A stretch of 64,000 bases of DNA from Ruditapes philippinarum (taxonomy: Eukaryota), in the NCBI RefSeq assembly GCF_026571515.1, contig NW_026851604.1, positions 1-64,000 on the forward strand, read 5' to 3'. Below the pieces are notes generated by a model that was not told the origin of the DNA, ran no database searches, and worked only from the letters and a program-made list of their open reading frames with translations. Positions 12,978 to 25,508 of the stretch are shown in pieces (within the stretch, counting starts at the first letter, position 1; every line of letters begins with the position of its first letter). The position numbers and the translations under genes are program-made.

Positions 12978-15421
12978 TAATTGTGATTGTGGATTATTTT
13001 ATTTTTTAAAGCAATAAATTCTGCAGAAATATGCATTCCTTAAACAATAATTATGTTTTCAGAACATCGTGACTTGTAAATCAAATGTAAAACTCCTATT
13101 TTTAATTGAAACGACTTTAACCAAAAAATTTGATACGTTTAATAAAATGTTGAATTTCAAGGTTGGTATTTATGATTTATAACTTATAAATTGGTAAAAA
13201 AATATCCAAATACCAATATATTGGCCGTGAGACGTTATGAGGGTAAAATACACTTTTCCAGTGAAAAAAAATAAGATATCTGTCACTGCTTGTTTTTTTT
13301 ATCGTATAATATTGATTTATATAGAGGAAATTACATTTGATCATATCTATGTAAAATCAATAGGTTAATTCGTGTAATTTGATGTTTAGAAATTTTACCA
13401 AATGGTTTGATGAAGCAGCTGTTAATTTTACAACTACTAAGCGTCAATTCACTTAAATGTAAAAGTTCATTGAAAATTAGTTTTTTTAATATCTTTTAAT
13501 TTTATACCGACAAAAAATGATCTAACTAATGTCCCTGGTATCTGTACTTTTAACTCATTATCCACAAGTGGCTATCAACTTATTTATTTAGTTTTCTCAC
13601 AGTCCTACGTGGTAATCCCCATTTGCTCCACAAACCACTGCCACCACAAGTTAGTTTTTATTTTAAAAAATACGAAAAAAAAAATTAATTACAAAATTTG
13701 TGTTCTGAGTGCAATTTATGATCTTGGTTATGTAAATGAATGAATATTTTAAATGAAAGAAACAAAATGACAATGTAACGTAGATTATTTCGGTCCTGTT
13801 CATAACAGGTTTTCATTCTTAATAAAGTGAAAGTGGGATGCTTGCATTTTTTATTCAAAATTGTTTTGTCTGAAATTGTGTCCAGATTATAAACAAGATT
13901 GATTCCATCGTTCTCATTTAATAATTGCCAAAATAATGGTTGATTTTGTCACAAAAAGACATTTTTAATTGAAATACTTTTGTTTGGCGTTTAAGTAGCC
14001 TCCAATTTGGTGTCACGTGCCGTTTTTCGTGGTCACGTGACGATTGTTAAGGCAGTGATTTGAGCGGTGCTAATCAAATCCCTGTGAGGAGTTTGCAGTT
14101 GTTTGTGATAGGAATCTAATAAATTATTAATTTGAAATTTCTTAACACATTTAGATTCTGTCAACAGTAATATTTTGGCTGCGAACAAAATCGATTTTTT
14201 TGTAGAGAGTCTCTCCATGCATGATTTCACATACGAACGGGCACATGAGTAGAATGAAAACAACAACAACATTTTTTTGTCATTTTTATTCTAATCATAA
14301 ACAAAATTGTGTAATTATCAATGTACAATAAACTTAAATGCCTGTCAAATTTGTCAAATTCATGTCAACAAAAAAAAATTAAAAGGTTAATATATTCATT
14401 GGCTAAATAAATGTACTTTAGATATATAATACAATAAAAATGTGTTTATTTCGAATTCAACGAACTTTGATTTACTTTAATTTTAAGAAACAGTGTCCCC
14501 TTACGTCCTTTGATTACCTTTTATTACCTAGCTGGATAGCTTCCTAACATATGAGAGTTCAAAATACAAAATGTACAACACAGGATCCGAATCCATGGCA
14601 AGAGAGGCGTAAGTGCTTCGAGAAAGCGACCTTAGCCAATCCACTTTTCTTTTTAGGTATAATGGGTGAGACTGTTAACTATTTTCTAAGATTGAGGCGT
14701 GTTTCTTATTTTCTTTTATAAAATATATCAAGAGCTGAAGTGTTACAACTTTTGTAAAAAAAACCCAGTCAATTTGAAACTTTACAAAAAAGTCACATCA
14801 ATCGATTTGTATCTTTCTATCCTCTTCGTTATGGACGGAGCATAAGGTCAATACAAGGTCTCCGGTCGATATGCATGCATACCCCGAATTAAGAAATTGC
14901 TATGAAAAGTTTTGTTAATCTTTATTGATTACTTTTATGCTATATGTGTTTTGCTCCTTTTTCATTTATTGAAGGCAATCAAACGCCTAGTTTTCATAAT
15001 TGTTTTGATCTGTTATGCCTTTGTTATTGATTTTATCTTCATTCTCTATTGTTTTGTGTCTAGTTTGATTTTCATTTTCTTTTTATACATTTAATCCCGT
15101 TATTATTCGCCTAACACTATCAGTTTCCACTGTTTTGCAACTAGTGTTGTGTAATAACCAGTTTTTCTGCCAAAAGCCTATTTGTGTCATCATCATCTGA
15201 TAATAATTGCTGTTGTGCACCTAGTTTTATGTCAAGCTATTTTTGCCCTAGTTTTTTTTCAATTATCATTTTCCAACACCATAATATATTTGTGTTTACA
15301 TTATCTTATATTATTAATTTAGTCTTGTTTACGATCTTTTCGTTGATATGTGCCTTTTTTCATCGTCGTTTCCCAATATCATCATCTTGTTGTGTTTACA
15401 TTATCATATGTTATGAATTAA

Positions 15422-15766
15422 GGCTGCACGCCTCCAGATGAGCATAAATATTTCAAGAAAATAAAAATTGAGAAACTGTACTAATATTTTAAGAAAGGTA
15501 AAAACATTCAAGATTCGTGTTTTAGTTTACATGTTATTTCGATTTAAGACCGATTTTGCAGTATTTTATCAGCATATTTCTACTGCGTTACTAACGCAGT
15601 AAGGGCTGTTTTTGCATATTCTGGCCTTTTTTCGGTTACTTGCATAGATTGTAAGTGCCAAGTGAAATATGTAAAAACTTTTATTTGTTCACCTCACAAT
15701 ATTTTACTTTCAAATACATTTTCAAAATTTTCGTGAAAATTAACATGAATCTGGAGGCGTGCTGCT
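15422..15766. mobile_element. Kolobok-like MITE
   Basis: TTAA|GGCTGCACGCCTCCAGAT ... ATCTGGAGGCGTGCTGCT|TTAA: TTAA TSD with purine-purine termini. Confidence 0.8.
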
Positions 15767-16401
15767 TTAAGTTTGATGAATATTTGTTTCCTTTTTATTC
15801 GGCTAGTCTTGTTTTCGTTATTAATTTTCCATTGTTATGCACTGTTGTTATACGCTTTGTTTTGATTTCATGGTCATTACGAGTACATAGACAGTTGTGT
15901 GTCTAATCATATTTTTATCATCACTTGTTTTGCATTTTTTTCATTTTCCTCCATTGCTTTGTTTCTCCAAAATCATTGCCAGGTGATGATGATGATGGTG
16001 ATGATGATGACATGCGTCTTCTACTATTAATAAACTGTTGTTGCGTCGTTTTCTTTTATCTATTAATTGATTTATTGTAATGTTTGTATCTTTGTTTGTT
16101 TTAACGCTTTATGTTTGTCATGCATCAGCATTTGCTACCACGAACATTTCCTCTGTTAATCGGGATAAGGCCAGACGGTACAAACATGTTCGATAGAGAC
16201 GAAGATCTAAAAAACACTTTATTTACATTATATATATACACTTTCTAAATAGAACGAACATTCAATATTAAGGAAAAGAAATATTTTAACTAAATCAGAT
16301 TTACATATATAGATTGATGAGATTGGATTGCAATATTTAACACATCACCATAATGATTAGACAATAAGACCACAATTAAGCAAAAGTACGAGAGAACAAT
16401 C

Positions 16402-16655
16402 TATCCAGAATTTCCAGAATCCCTCCTTTCCAGAATTGCCAGAATTGGAATTTCCTGGATCTCCCCTTTTCGGAATTTCCAGAAACTCCCCTTTCAACAA
16501 TTTCCATAATCTCTCCTCTCAACAATTTTCAGAAACTTTCCGTTCACTTTTTTCTAGAATCTCCTCTTTTCGGAATTTCCAGACTCTCCCTTTTCCATAA
16601 TTTCCAGAATCTCCCTTCTCAACAATTTCCAGAATCTTCCATTTTAACAATTCCT
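16402..16655. repeat. Diverged ~28-30-bp minisatellite (AATTTCCAGAATCTCCCCTTT...)
   Basis: Recurring TTTCCAGAATCTC motif, about 8 units. Confidence 0.8.
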
Positions 16656-16722
16656 CACAACAATTGGCATAATTGACAAACCATTATTCATCAAATCAAG
16701 TTGGTTATAAATTTAAATATAA

Positions 16723-16881
16723 TTGGTTATAACTTGAAATATTATGTTGATTTTAACTTGGTTATAACTTGAAATATTATGTTGATTTTAACTTGGTTAT
16801 AACTTGAAATATTATGTTGATTTTAACTTGGTTATAACTTGAAATATTATGTTGATTTTAACTTGGTTATAACTTGAAATA
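16723..16881. repeat. 35-bp perfect tandem repeat
   Basis: TTGGTTATAACTTGAAATATTATGTTGATTTTAAC at 16723, 16758, 16793, 16828; partial at 16863, resuming at ~17084. Confidence 0.95.
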
Positions 16882-17083
16882 AGTAAGTAAGTAAGTAAAT
16901 AAATATTTTATTAATGTGTCATATGTAACCATACAAGCAATGAACAAACAAGACATGTATAAACAATAGTATACACCCGGCCCAATGGGCCTATAAGACA
17001 CAAATAACATGAAGACAATAAATCTGAAAACACGTGAACAACATAAAAGGTATGTTTAGATAAAAAAAGAAAAAGATGAAAAA
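16882..17083 (-). mobile_element. Truncated non-LTR retrotransposon 3' end inserted in the 35-bp repeat
   Basis: Minus strand ends AATAAAA...(TTAC)n; flanked by GAAATA on both sides; splits one repeat unit. Confidence 0.6.
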
Positions 17084-17240
17084 GAAATATTATGTTGGTT
17101 TTAACTTGCAATGTTTCGGAGAGAAGCTTTATAGCAAGAGAGAGACGTACGAGTGTAGAGAGACAGTGATAGGGAAAATGGAAACATTTGGATGTAAATC
17201 AAGCTTGATTTGATAGGATTACTAGTAGTTCAAATGAGAA

Positions 17241-18186
17241 AATAATATATAAATAACACATGGGTTTGTGGGTAACAGTAAAAATATCATCCCGAGGAAA
17301 ATACTGTTACCCAAGGCGTAGCCGAGGGTAACAGTATTTTTACGAGGGATGATATTTTTACTGTTACTCACAAACCCATGTGTTATTTATTTTATTACCC
17401 CGAACAAAAAAAAATACTGAGATGTTCTGAAATTGTCAACTAAATCTAACTGTAACAAAAATAAACCAAGAGTAACAATAACTAAACTGTCCTTACCTTT
17501 TAAGTTTTAAGTGTACTTTACTGTAGGCCTACTTGAGAAGTTTTCTTTTTCTTTTATTCTTTAAGCAAGTGATGATATCTACAAATCATAAACATACAAT
17601 AAGCTAGGTTTTTGTTTAGAAAACAAAACACTAACCCATTTACACGGTTATGATCTGTGAAATCTGATCCTTCTGTTTCCAGAATATTCTTAGCATGGTT
17701 TTTGACAAAATAACGATGATATCATATGTCTATCCACCATATCTGTAACGTTTCACTGATTAAATTTGTTAAATAATCCTTTTTTGCTACTTAAATTGTC
17801 TGCATGTTCCAGTTTGACACATAATTATTTACATTGCAATTACTTCCGTTGAAAACGGATGTTCACTTTTTGACTATTCAGCAAAAAGATATTTTATACG
17901 CGAAAAGCACACTAGGGTGCAAACAACTAAATTTTATGAGTGTCATAGGGACTCCAGAGGAGAAATTGATGTCCTATCGGGGTTTAAAGTTGAAAATAAG
18001 AATAAATCGAGAAAAAAATGGCGGCCATTTTATTTAGGAAATAGACCACGTGACATCTTAAAAAATACTGTTACCTATGTAACAGTACAAAATTCTTAGT
18101 CACGTGGTACACTTGCATTAACAGTAAAAATAACTCCCAGAGGCCTATGGGAAATTAGCATTACGAAAAAAGTGAGGGGTAATAAT
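17241..18186 (+). mobile_element. ~945-bp non-autonomous element, Crypton-like (solo copy 3)
   Basis: AATAAT direct repeat at both ends (17241-46, 18181-86); left hairpin centred on CCAAGGCGTAGCCGAGG. Confidence 0.85.
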
Positions 18187-18639
18187 GACAACTATTACAT
18201 CATTTATAGAAAGATATCAGCATCAGATTGATTGTTGGAGAGAGAAAATTCATTTCGTATGATGCATCACTATTTCATATTTAATTTAAGATTTTAAAGC
18301 GGTTTTATATGATATAAATGAATTTTGAAGAAATGCTGAGAAAAATATTTCATCATCTAAATACATACTGACATATTTTACTAACTGACAAGATGGCAAC
18401 TTATTTTCCAATGGTTACACATTTCTCTCTAAATGACAAGAAATGATGCAGCTAATGTTATTTACGCTAGAAAATTGTCTATCCTATAGCTTTTGGTCAG
18501 ATATGATCATAATGCTACAACTATACCCTATTTATACCATCATTTAATGGAATAGAATTCACTGCATTTACATTTAGAAATGTAAAAAACATTGTTTCAA
18601 GAAGTGAGTTAATGAGAACATTTGCGTTACTGAAGGAAG

Positions 18640-19030
18640 CTATGCTTATGATATTTGCCTTCTCTGAGAGTTATTATTGAGGACATTGGCCTTCTTTGTG
18701 GTAACTATTGTTAAGGACATTGGCTCTATATGAGAAGGCTTGTTTTAGGACGTTGGTTCTCTTGTTGCAGGCTATTGTTGAAGACATTGGCTTTAATGGA
18801 GGACTCTGATTTTATAACGTTGGATTTCTATGTGGAGGCTATTTGTCAGGATATTGGCTATATTGGGGGAATCTTGCTTTATGACGTTGGCTTTCTTTGA
18901 AGAAGCTATTATTGAGGACCTTGGTTATATTGGAGAAATATGGTGGTTTAATTACGTTGGGTTTTTTTGTGGAGGCTACTGTTGAAGACATGATCTTTAT
19001 TTGAGGAGGCTTTTGTTGAGGAAGTTTGTC
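18640..19030. repeat. Diverged ~37-bp minisatellite (GAGGACATTGGC...GGCTATTGTT)
   Basis: About 10 degenerate units with GAC(A/G)TTGG and GGCTA recurring. Confidence 0.7.
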
Positions 19031-19468
19031 TTCTTAGTTATGCTATTTTGTTGCCTTACGTTTATTATATCATATTATACCCACTCGCAACTATATATTT
19101 ATCAATTAATTTACATGTCTACAAGTTTATATTGCCATAAAACCTTACTGGCCTACTCACTTATATCTCATTATGTTATGCAATTACGGCATAAAGAGTC
19201 TTCTTTACTTTAATTGATTATATTACGTGCTATAATATATAGTTGAGACTTCTACATTTTAGATAAGACCTATTGATTGCCCAAGGAGCCGATACTCAGT
19301 CCAATGTCCAATGAAGTACATTAGATGTCCTACTTATACCAAAGTAATATGTAAATGGAAATGGTTCTTCAGAATAAATAATGTTTCTGTGCTAAAAATC
19401 AACATTGTCCGTAGCGTAGACTAAGACATAGAACAACACATCTCAATAACTATTAATTTAGAACAAAA

Positions 19469-19557
19469 AATACTAAGAGCTCAGATTTCTATATAATATA
19501 TTCTATATATTTACATATATATATATGATTATATAGAAATTTGAGCTCTTAGTATTT
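19469..19557. repeat. ~29-bp inverted repeat around a TA-rich spacer (mini-MITE/hairpin)
   Basis: AATACTAAGAGCTCAGATTTCTATATAAT ... ATTATATAGAAATTTGAGCTCTTAGTATT. Confidence 0.8.
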
Positions 19558-20067
19558 ATATATAGTGACAGAAACGAGTGGTAGCAAAAACCACAGTGAT
19601 ATTGCTCAATGGAAAACCAAAGCAAATATAAATTAAAGTTGATTGCTTTATCGTTTATTAATTTCATACATGTATATTATAAAAATATGTTAAAAATCTT
19701 CATTTTTGATACTGAAAAATATACAATAATGTATTAAGAATTATATATTATATGTATTATCTAGTAAATTGTTTTAGAATGATAAAGATTTATGTGTGTT
19801 ACTTTTTCTATCTACTGTTCTATGTGAGAGACAAGGGCCCATTTAGGTTTCTGTTGCTATTTTTCTTTAAGTATCATTACATACGATATGACATATAAGA
19901 ATTCATTACTTTGACAAATGATATCATGGCGTGCTGAAACTTTTCACCTTCATAAAGGTAAACTCTTTAATTAATCTTAGACTAGTATCCCGATACTCCC
20001 GATATAGCGTTTAGTAATTAGAATCTAATATAGACCGCCCAACAAATGATGTAATTTTCAGCATTTC

Positions 20068-20438
20068 ATCAGCATGTCTTCAGATAAGACAACTATCTAA
20101 AGGGAAACAAACTTGAGAAAATTCTACGTATATTTTAAGAGAACAAATGATTCAAGTTTCAAGTAATATCTTACATGTTTTCTGATATTGATGGCTGACT
20201 TTGCAGTATTTATCACCATGATATTTCTAATGCATGATTAACGCAGTTACGGCTATTTTTGCATATTTTAGGTCTCTTTTTGGATATTTACTTGGATTGA
20301 AAATGCCGTTTGCAATGTGTGAATTACTTTCTATGTTAATTGCACAATACAATGTATTTTACTTTTAAACCCATTTTTAAAATAAAATGCTTTCATAATT
20401 CATAAAAATAGAACGAATCTGGAAGCATATTGCTTTAA
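20068..20438. mobile_element. Older diverged copy of the Kolobok-like MITE at 15422
   Basis: Shares TTGCAGTATTT...TAACGCAGT...TTTTGCATATT and the right end GAATCTGGA.GC.T..TGCTTTAA. Confidence 0.6.
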
Positions 20439-20821
20439 GAAACATTTTAATGTTTTGAATATGGACATAAAGATCAACAAAAAGCAGCTATTAAGATCAT
20501 AGCCTATAACAATATCAAAGCTTATACATCAGTCAACCATGTACCAAATACACATGTACACATATACAGATAGTTCATGCATAGTTAGTGCAAAAATAGA
20601 GAAAAACAGAATCCACAAAGAAAGCCATACACGGCAAAATTGTAAAATGTTGCAGGATCGGTTTGACTTAGCCTGTTCATAGATGGTCCTGGAAAGTGCA
20701 TATTACCTCCATGCCCCCTAGCACCGGCTTAAGCAGATTCAACATTTAAACATGAAATGGTAAAAATTTGAATTTAGAAACATCCGCAGATGTGTTCATA
20801 CGGCGGTTATCATAGATGCTT

Positions 20822-21766
20822 TGTAACACCGCAAAACGTCCGTACCGCAAAACGTACGCGTGTGGACGTTTTGCGGCGCATATCGTACACATGTGGACGT
20901 TTTGCGGTGCATATCGTACTTGGTACGTTTTGCAGCGATAGTGTGTCTTTGCATCGCATATTGTTCATATTTTCTGTATTAAAATATATTCATTATAAAC
21001 GTTACTTTTATTTGTAATGTCACTTTCATATTGTTTCAGGTCATTTTTAGGTCAATATTATAGTTGAACTATTCAAGATGTCCGTCCTGTCATAAATGTA
21101 TGAATGACATCTGATCATTGATAACAAAGAAATGGCAGATTTATCACAATTTAATAATTTGACTTTAAAATATGTCTTTATTTTTATTATTCATAGGCAA
21201 ATAACTCTTGACATATTCTGTCGTTTTAGCTCATAAATGAGCTTGATCGAGACCTTATTGATATACATATTCTGTATAAAAATTAAGATTGGACAAGAAA
21301 CGAAAGCACTAACAAGGTGAAATATAGTGCGTTTTTATGTTGTTGTTTTTTTTTTGTTTTTTGTTGTTATTTTTGGTTAGATTTAGCCTATAATCTAACT
21401 TTGTTGAGATTTTATGGTCATAGATATTCTGTTGAAAATTGTCAAGATTGAAGAAGAAATGAAAGCGTTGGAGTGGTAACAGTGTGAAATATAAGATATT
21501 GTAATTCAAGGGCATATAACTCTGGACATATTGCTTAGGGTAGGGGGATGCTAGAGTGGTAACAATATAATTTTGGACGGACAGACAGACAGACAGGCGC
21601 ATACTCAGGTGAGCTAAGATTAACACACAATAACACCTTATAATATTTGGTCAAAATTAAAAAAAAACTATATAAACTTTATAATATGGACGTTATGTGG
21701 CAGGACCAAAAAAAAAACCCGTCAATATACGTACGATTTGCGGTACGGACGGTTTGCGGTTTTACA
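20822..21766. mobile_element. Non-autonomous DNA transposon with ~37-bp TGT...ACA TIRs (Ginger-like)
   Basis: TGTAACACCGCAAAACGTCCGTACCGCAAAACGTACG vs CGTACGATTTGCGGTACGGACGGTTTGCGGTTTTACA, with subterminal GGACGTTTTGCGG repeats. No TSD recognised, so the superfamily is tentative. Confidence 0.7.
21500..21616 (-). mobile_element. Helentron-associated/pearl-like fragment nested in the TIR element
   Basis: CTCAGGTGAGCTAA end, (GACA)n microsatellite, AAGGGCA..TAACTCT core motif. Confidence 0.45.
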
Positions 21767-22966
21767 TCAACGTGACACTTCGTGCCATTCCATGAAAAGC
21801 GGCCTAAGGTCCCCAAATAATAGAAAGCGTGTGCTCTAAACGAAAAAACAATGGGCGGAACTAAATAAAGTCTGTAAATTCACGAGAGGTGGAGGGTTGA
21901 AATCCGAAAGCCATACACTAAATGTTGAACTTGAACGCACGAGACGATAAAGTTGATATTTAAAATAGTTTCTTCGTCTATGATGAAATGTTCAACATTA
22001 AACGAACCTTTTCATGAACGGCGGAGTATAGTGCAAAGGATTATAATATGTTTGTCCTAAACAAAAACATTTATTTTTACAGTCCACAGAGACAAACCCG
22101 GAAAGGACACACATTGACAATACCGAACGACTACGGTGTGAAATGTCCCCGCGCCGCCCATCGACATGTAAATGATCGCATCATATTTTTTTTAGAAATA
22201 TTGAGTTAACCAAAATGTTCCGGAAAAATTAATAATTACTGGTTAGTTATTTAAGAAAGTCTGTTGTGGAAGACCGACAACAGAGACTTCAAAATCGGCG
22301 GCGTGAAAACAAACAAACTCAAATTTCTTTTACGATCGTAATGTATTGTACGATACTAGATACAAACCCTACGAAGAAGTTTTATAAAACTGATGAAGGT
22401 TCCTAAAAATTAATCAATGTGAAAATAGCTTTTCAAGTCAATGAGAATTTTAGTTTCTACACAGACAATGAATTGAGTGAATTTTAAGATTGAATCACGA
22501 ACATATAACGCAAAATCAATATGGTTGTATCAGAATAGTTAAATTATATCAATAGTATCTTTATAACAGAAAATTCCCTTACGGTTCAAATTCAAAATGA
22601 ACGAAATATCTGTGTGGAAATCAATATATTTGTACTTCTTGAAATATTCACGAGTTTTTTTTTATTCAAATGACATTTTTATTCCTAAAAGTATTTTGAA
22701 ATAACTTGAATTTATACTTTTGAATACTAGAGATGCACTGATATTGGTTGTGATCGATTTTATTTAACGGAATTTTATAGCAAAATGTTCGAAGTAACTA
22801 ATGTAACATGTTAAGTCAGAATACAGGGAATGTGCAAAACCGCCTGGTACCTTACTATTTGCATACATTAAGCTAGCAATCCTTGACTTAATAGATCCCC
22901 CCCAATATACCAACTTTAAAAGTTGTTTAACTTTTAAGAACATGTGCATCTGCCCGACGTTACAAA

Positions 22967-23200
22967 TGAGCCGCGTCACGACAAAACCAATATAGTGGGT
23001 TTGCGACCAGCATGGATCCAGAACAGCCTGCGCATCCGCGCAGTCTGATCAGGACCCATGCTGTTCGCTATTAGTTTCTCTACTTGTAATAGGGTTTGTA
23101 AGCGAACAGCATGGATCCTGAACAGACTGCGTGGATGCGCAGGCTGGTCTGGATCCATTCTGGACGCAAACCCATTATGTTTTTGTCGTGACGCGGCTCA
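22967..23200. mobile_element. Palindromic MITE, most complete copy
   Basis: TGAGCCGCGTCACGACAAAA ... TTTTGTCGTGACGCGGCTCA; almost the whole element folds into one hairpin. Confidence 0.9.
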
Positions 23201-25508
23201 AATATGTTATTCGTTGAGATGAGGTGGTGATCTTTGATATTTTATTTTTATTTCTCGAAATTGTTTTATGTATTTTGTAGTTTCCAAACCATTATTAATT
23301 GATCAAGTAAGTACCTGTTACATCTTTTTTATGTTTTTTATTACATTTCGCTACTTTTATCAAACATTATTTCACATTAAGCGATACTATCTTCAGATAT
23401 TACAAGCATCGAACATGCTCTTAAACCAAAGACTTTGTTGCACTTTTTAAAACGACTTAAGGAAACTTCAGTATTGCTGTTTGCAAAGAGCCCTTAATTT
23501 CTGATGAAGGTTAATCGTATGTATTGGCCAAATGATATTCATTGTATATTTAGATGCCTAATAAAGTTGAGTGGAGTTTATTAACATGTTTTGTATAGGT
23601 AAATTTGTCAACGAAAAAGTAAAAAGTTTGGTAAGAAACAGAGCTTACATTAAAAAGCTTTTACTTATTCTTCTATTCTATGTCTTAATCTTAATAATGT
23701 GTGTGTTTCCAATGTTTTAAGAACAATAAGAATTTACAGGGAAATTTTGAGATATTTGAATTTTTAGTTAAATGACAATTATACCTCAGAAATGCTTTTA
23801 TTTTTATTTCAAAAAAGCTTTTCAATGTTGGACACTTTTATAATATCCAAAACTTTACTCATTAGCCAATTTTCTGAATCATCTTTTTCATCCGTTGCTT
23901 TTCTGTCAATAATTCCTTTGGATTAGTATTTTGTATACTACTTTGTTTACAATTTGCAATTTGCTAATGTTATGACAAATTATTTCACAATTATGGCCTT
24001 TTTTAGGTAACAAGTATAGAATATTCAGTAAAACCATTATTTAAAGATTATAAAATTCATGTTTTACCTCTCTAAAGAAATAAAAATATATTTGTTTCTG
24101 ATGCATAACGTACATTTAACGGCATCTAAAATATTAAACAATTACGCTAATGCCATATTTAGGTCAACATTAAGAACTATTTTTCTGTTACAGTACTATA
24201 TTTATTATTTGCTTACATTTTACAATGTAACTTTAAACAATATTCATTTGTCAAATATATGACAAAGAAAGCGTTAAAGTGGATTTGTTCATAATGAAAG
24301 GTCTTTTATGCCGTAAATAATTATGTCAATATATTTGATATCATACCTGCTACCAAACTTTGAACTAATTATATATGTTTTGGTAAGTGTGAGATACAAT
24401 ATCCGATGTAACATATCTTTATATAGCAGATAATAAAGTGTTCTAGATTCAACATATATTATTTATAATTATTATTTTTCATATATTATAAAAAAAAAAC
24501 TGTTACTGTATTTATTGTTTTATAAATGTCACGTGACGTTTTATCTTCAGATAGAAGCAAACTAATCATATGATCTAATTAAGATTAGATATATGTTAAC
24601 TAAAAGTAAAACAAAATCATATTTATGTCATATTATATTGATATTCTTTACTACACTGTCTTACAACAATGTCGAGTTATTGTCGACGAATGTAATTGAA
24701 TTCATGGGTTTTATTTTTACTTTAATATTTATTATATTTTACATTGCATTATAATGTTTTGTAAAACAATACATTGTAACCATAATAAGAATTACGCTAT
24801 CAAACAATTATGTGTCACCTTTATATAAATGAAATAATGTTATCAATGTGTGTAGTGTCACCAAACAAGTTATATAAATATGCTATAAAAACAACTAATT
24901 ATGATTGTTTGTAACATTGAATTTTTCAGACTGCTAAGTTTGGAGGAGAATTACACGGCTTATTATAAAAGCAATATACCTTATATTGAAAATGAAAATT
25001 AGCATGAAACTTATATTGCTAATTTGAATAAACTCTGGTTGTGTACATGGACTAAATTATAAAACAGCGACGGATTTATATTACTTGTGTTATATCTTTA
25101 AATATTTTTAATTTAGCATCTGTGGCAATTTTGGCAGAAACGAACACCTGTTGGGTATTTGCCCCGAGTATATTTCAGATTAAAATACATTTCAAGATAA
25201 AAATCAAGAGATATTTTCAAAATGACGACGATTATTTTTATTTTCTTTGCTATCAACATTTTTAAGGCTTTATTGCATAGATATTGTAACTATATATGTA
25301 AATATATCTTATCATATTAACGTTGCTAAGAACGTTTAAATGCGTTTTAAGCGTAGAAAAAGAACCTTTTGTTTAAAGAAAAGATTTGACACTAAACTGT
25401 AAAATAAATAAAGATATTAATTGCAAAGACATATTCCTTATAAATTTTTCATGGTTTTTTGTTTGTTTATATTGGCATACAAAGAACAAATTAAACGACA
25501 AAATCACC

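Noticed and set aside
16723-16881. 35-bp repeat as a CRISPR array
   Set aside because: Units are directly adjacent with no spacers.
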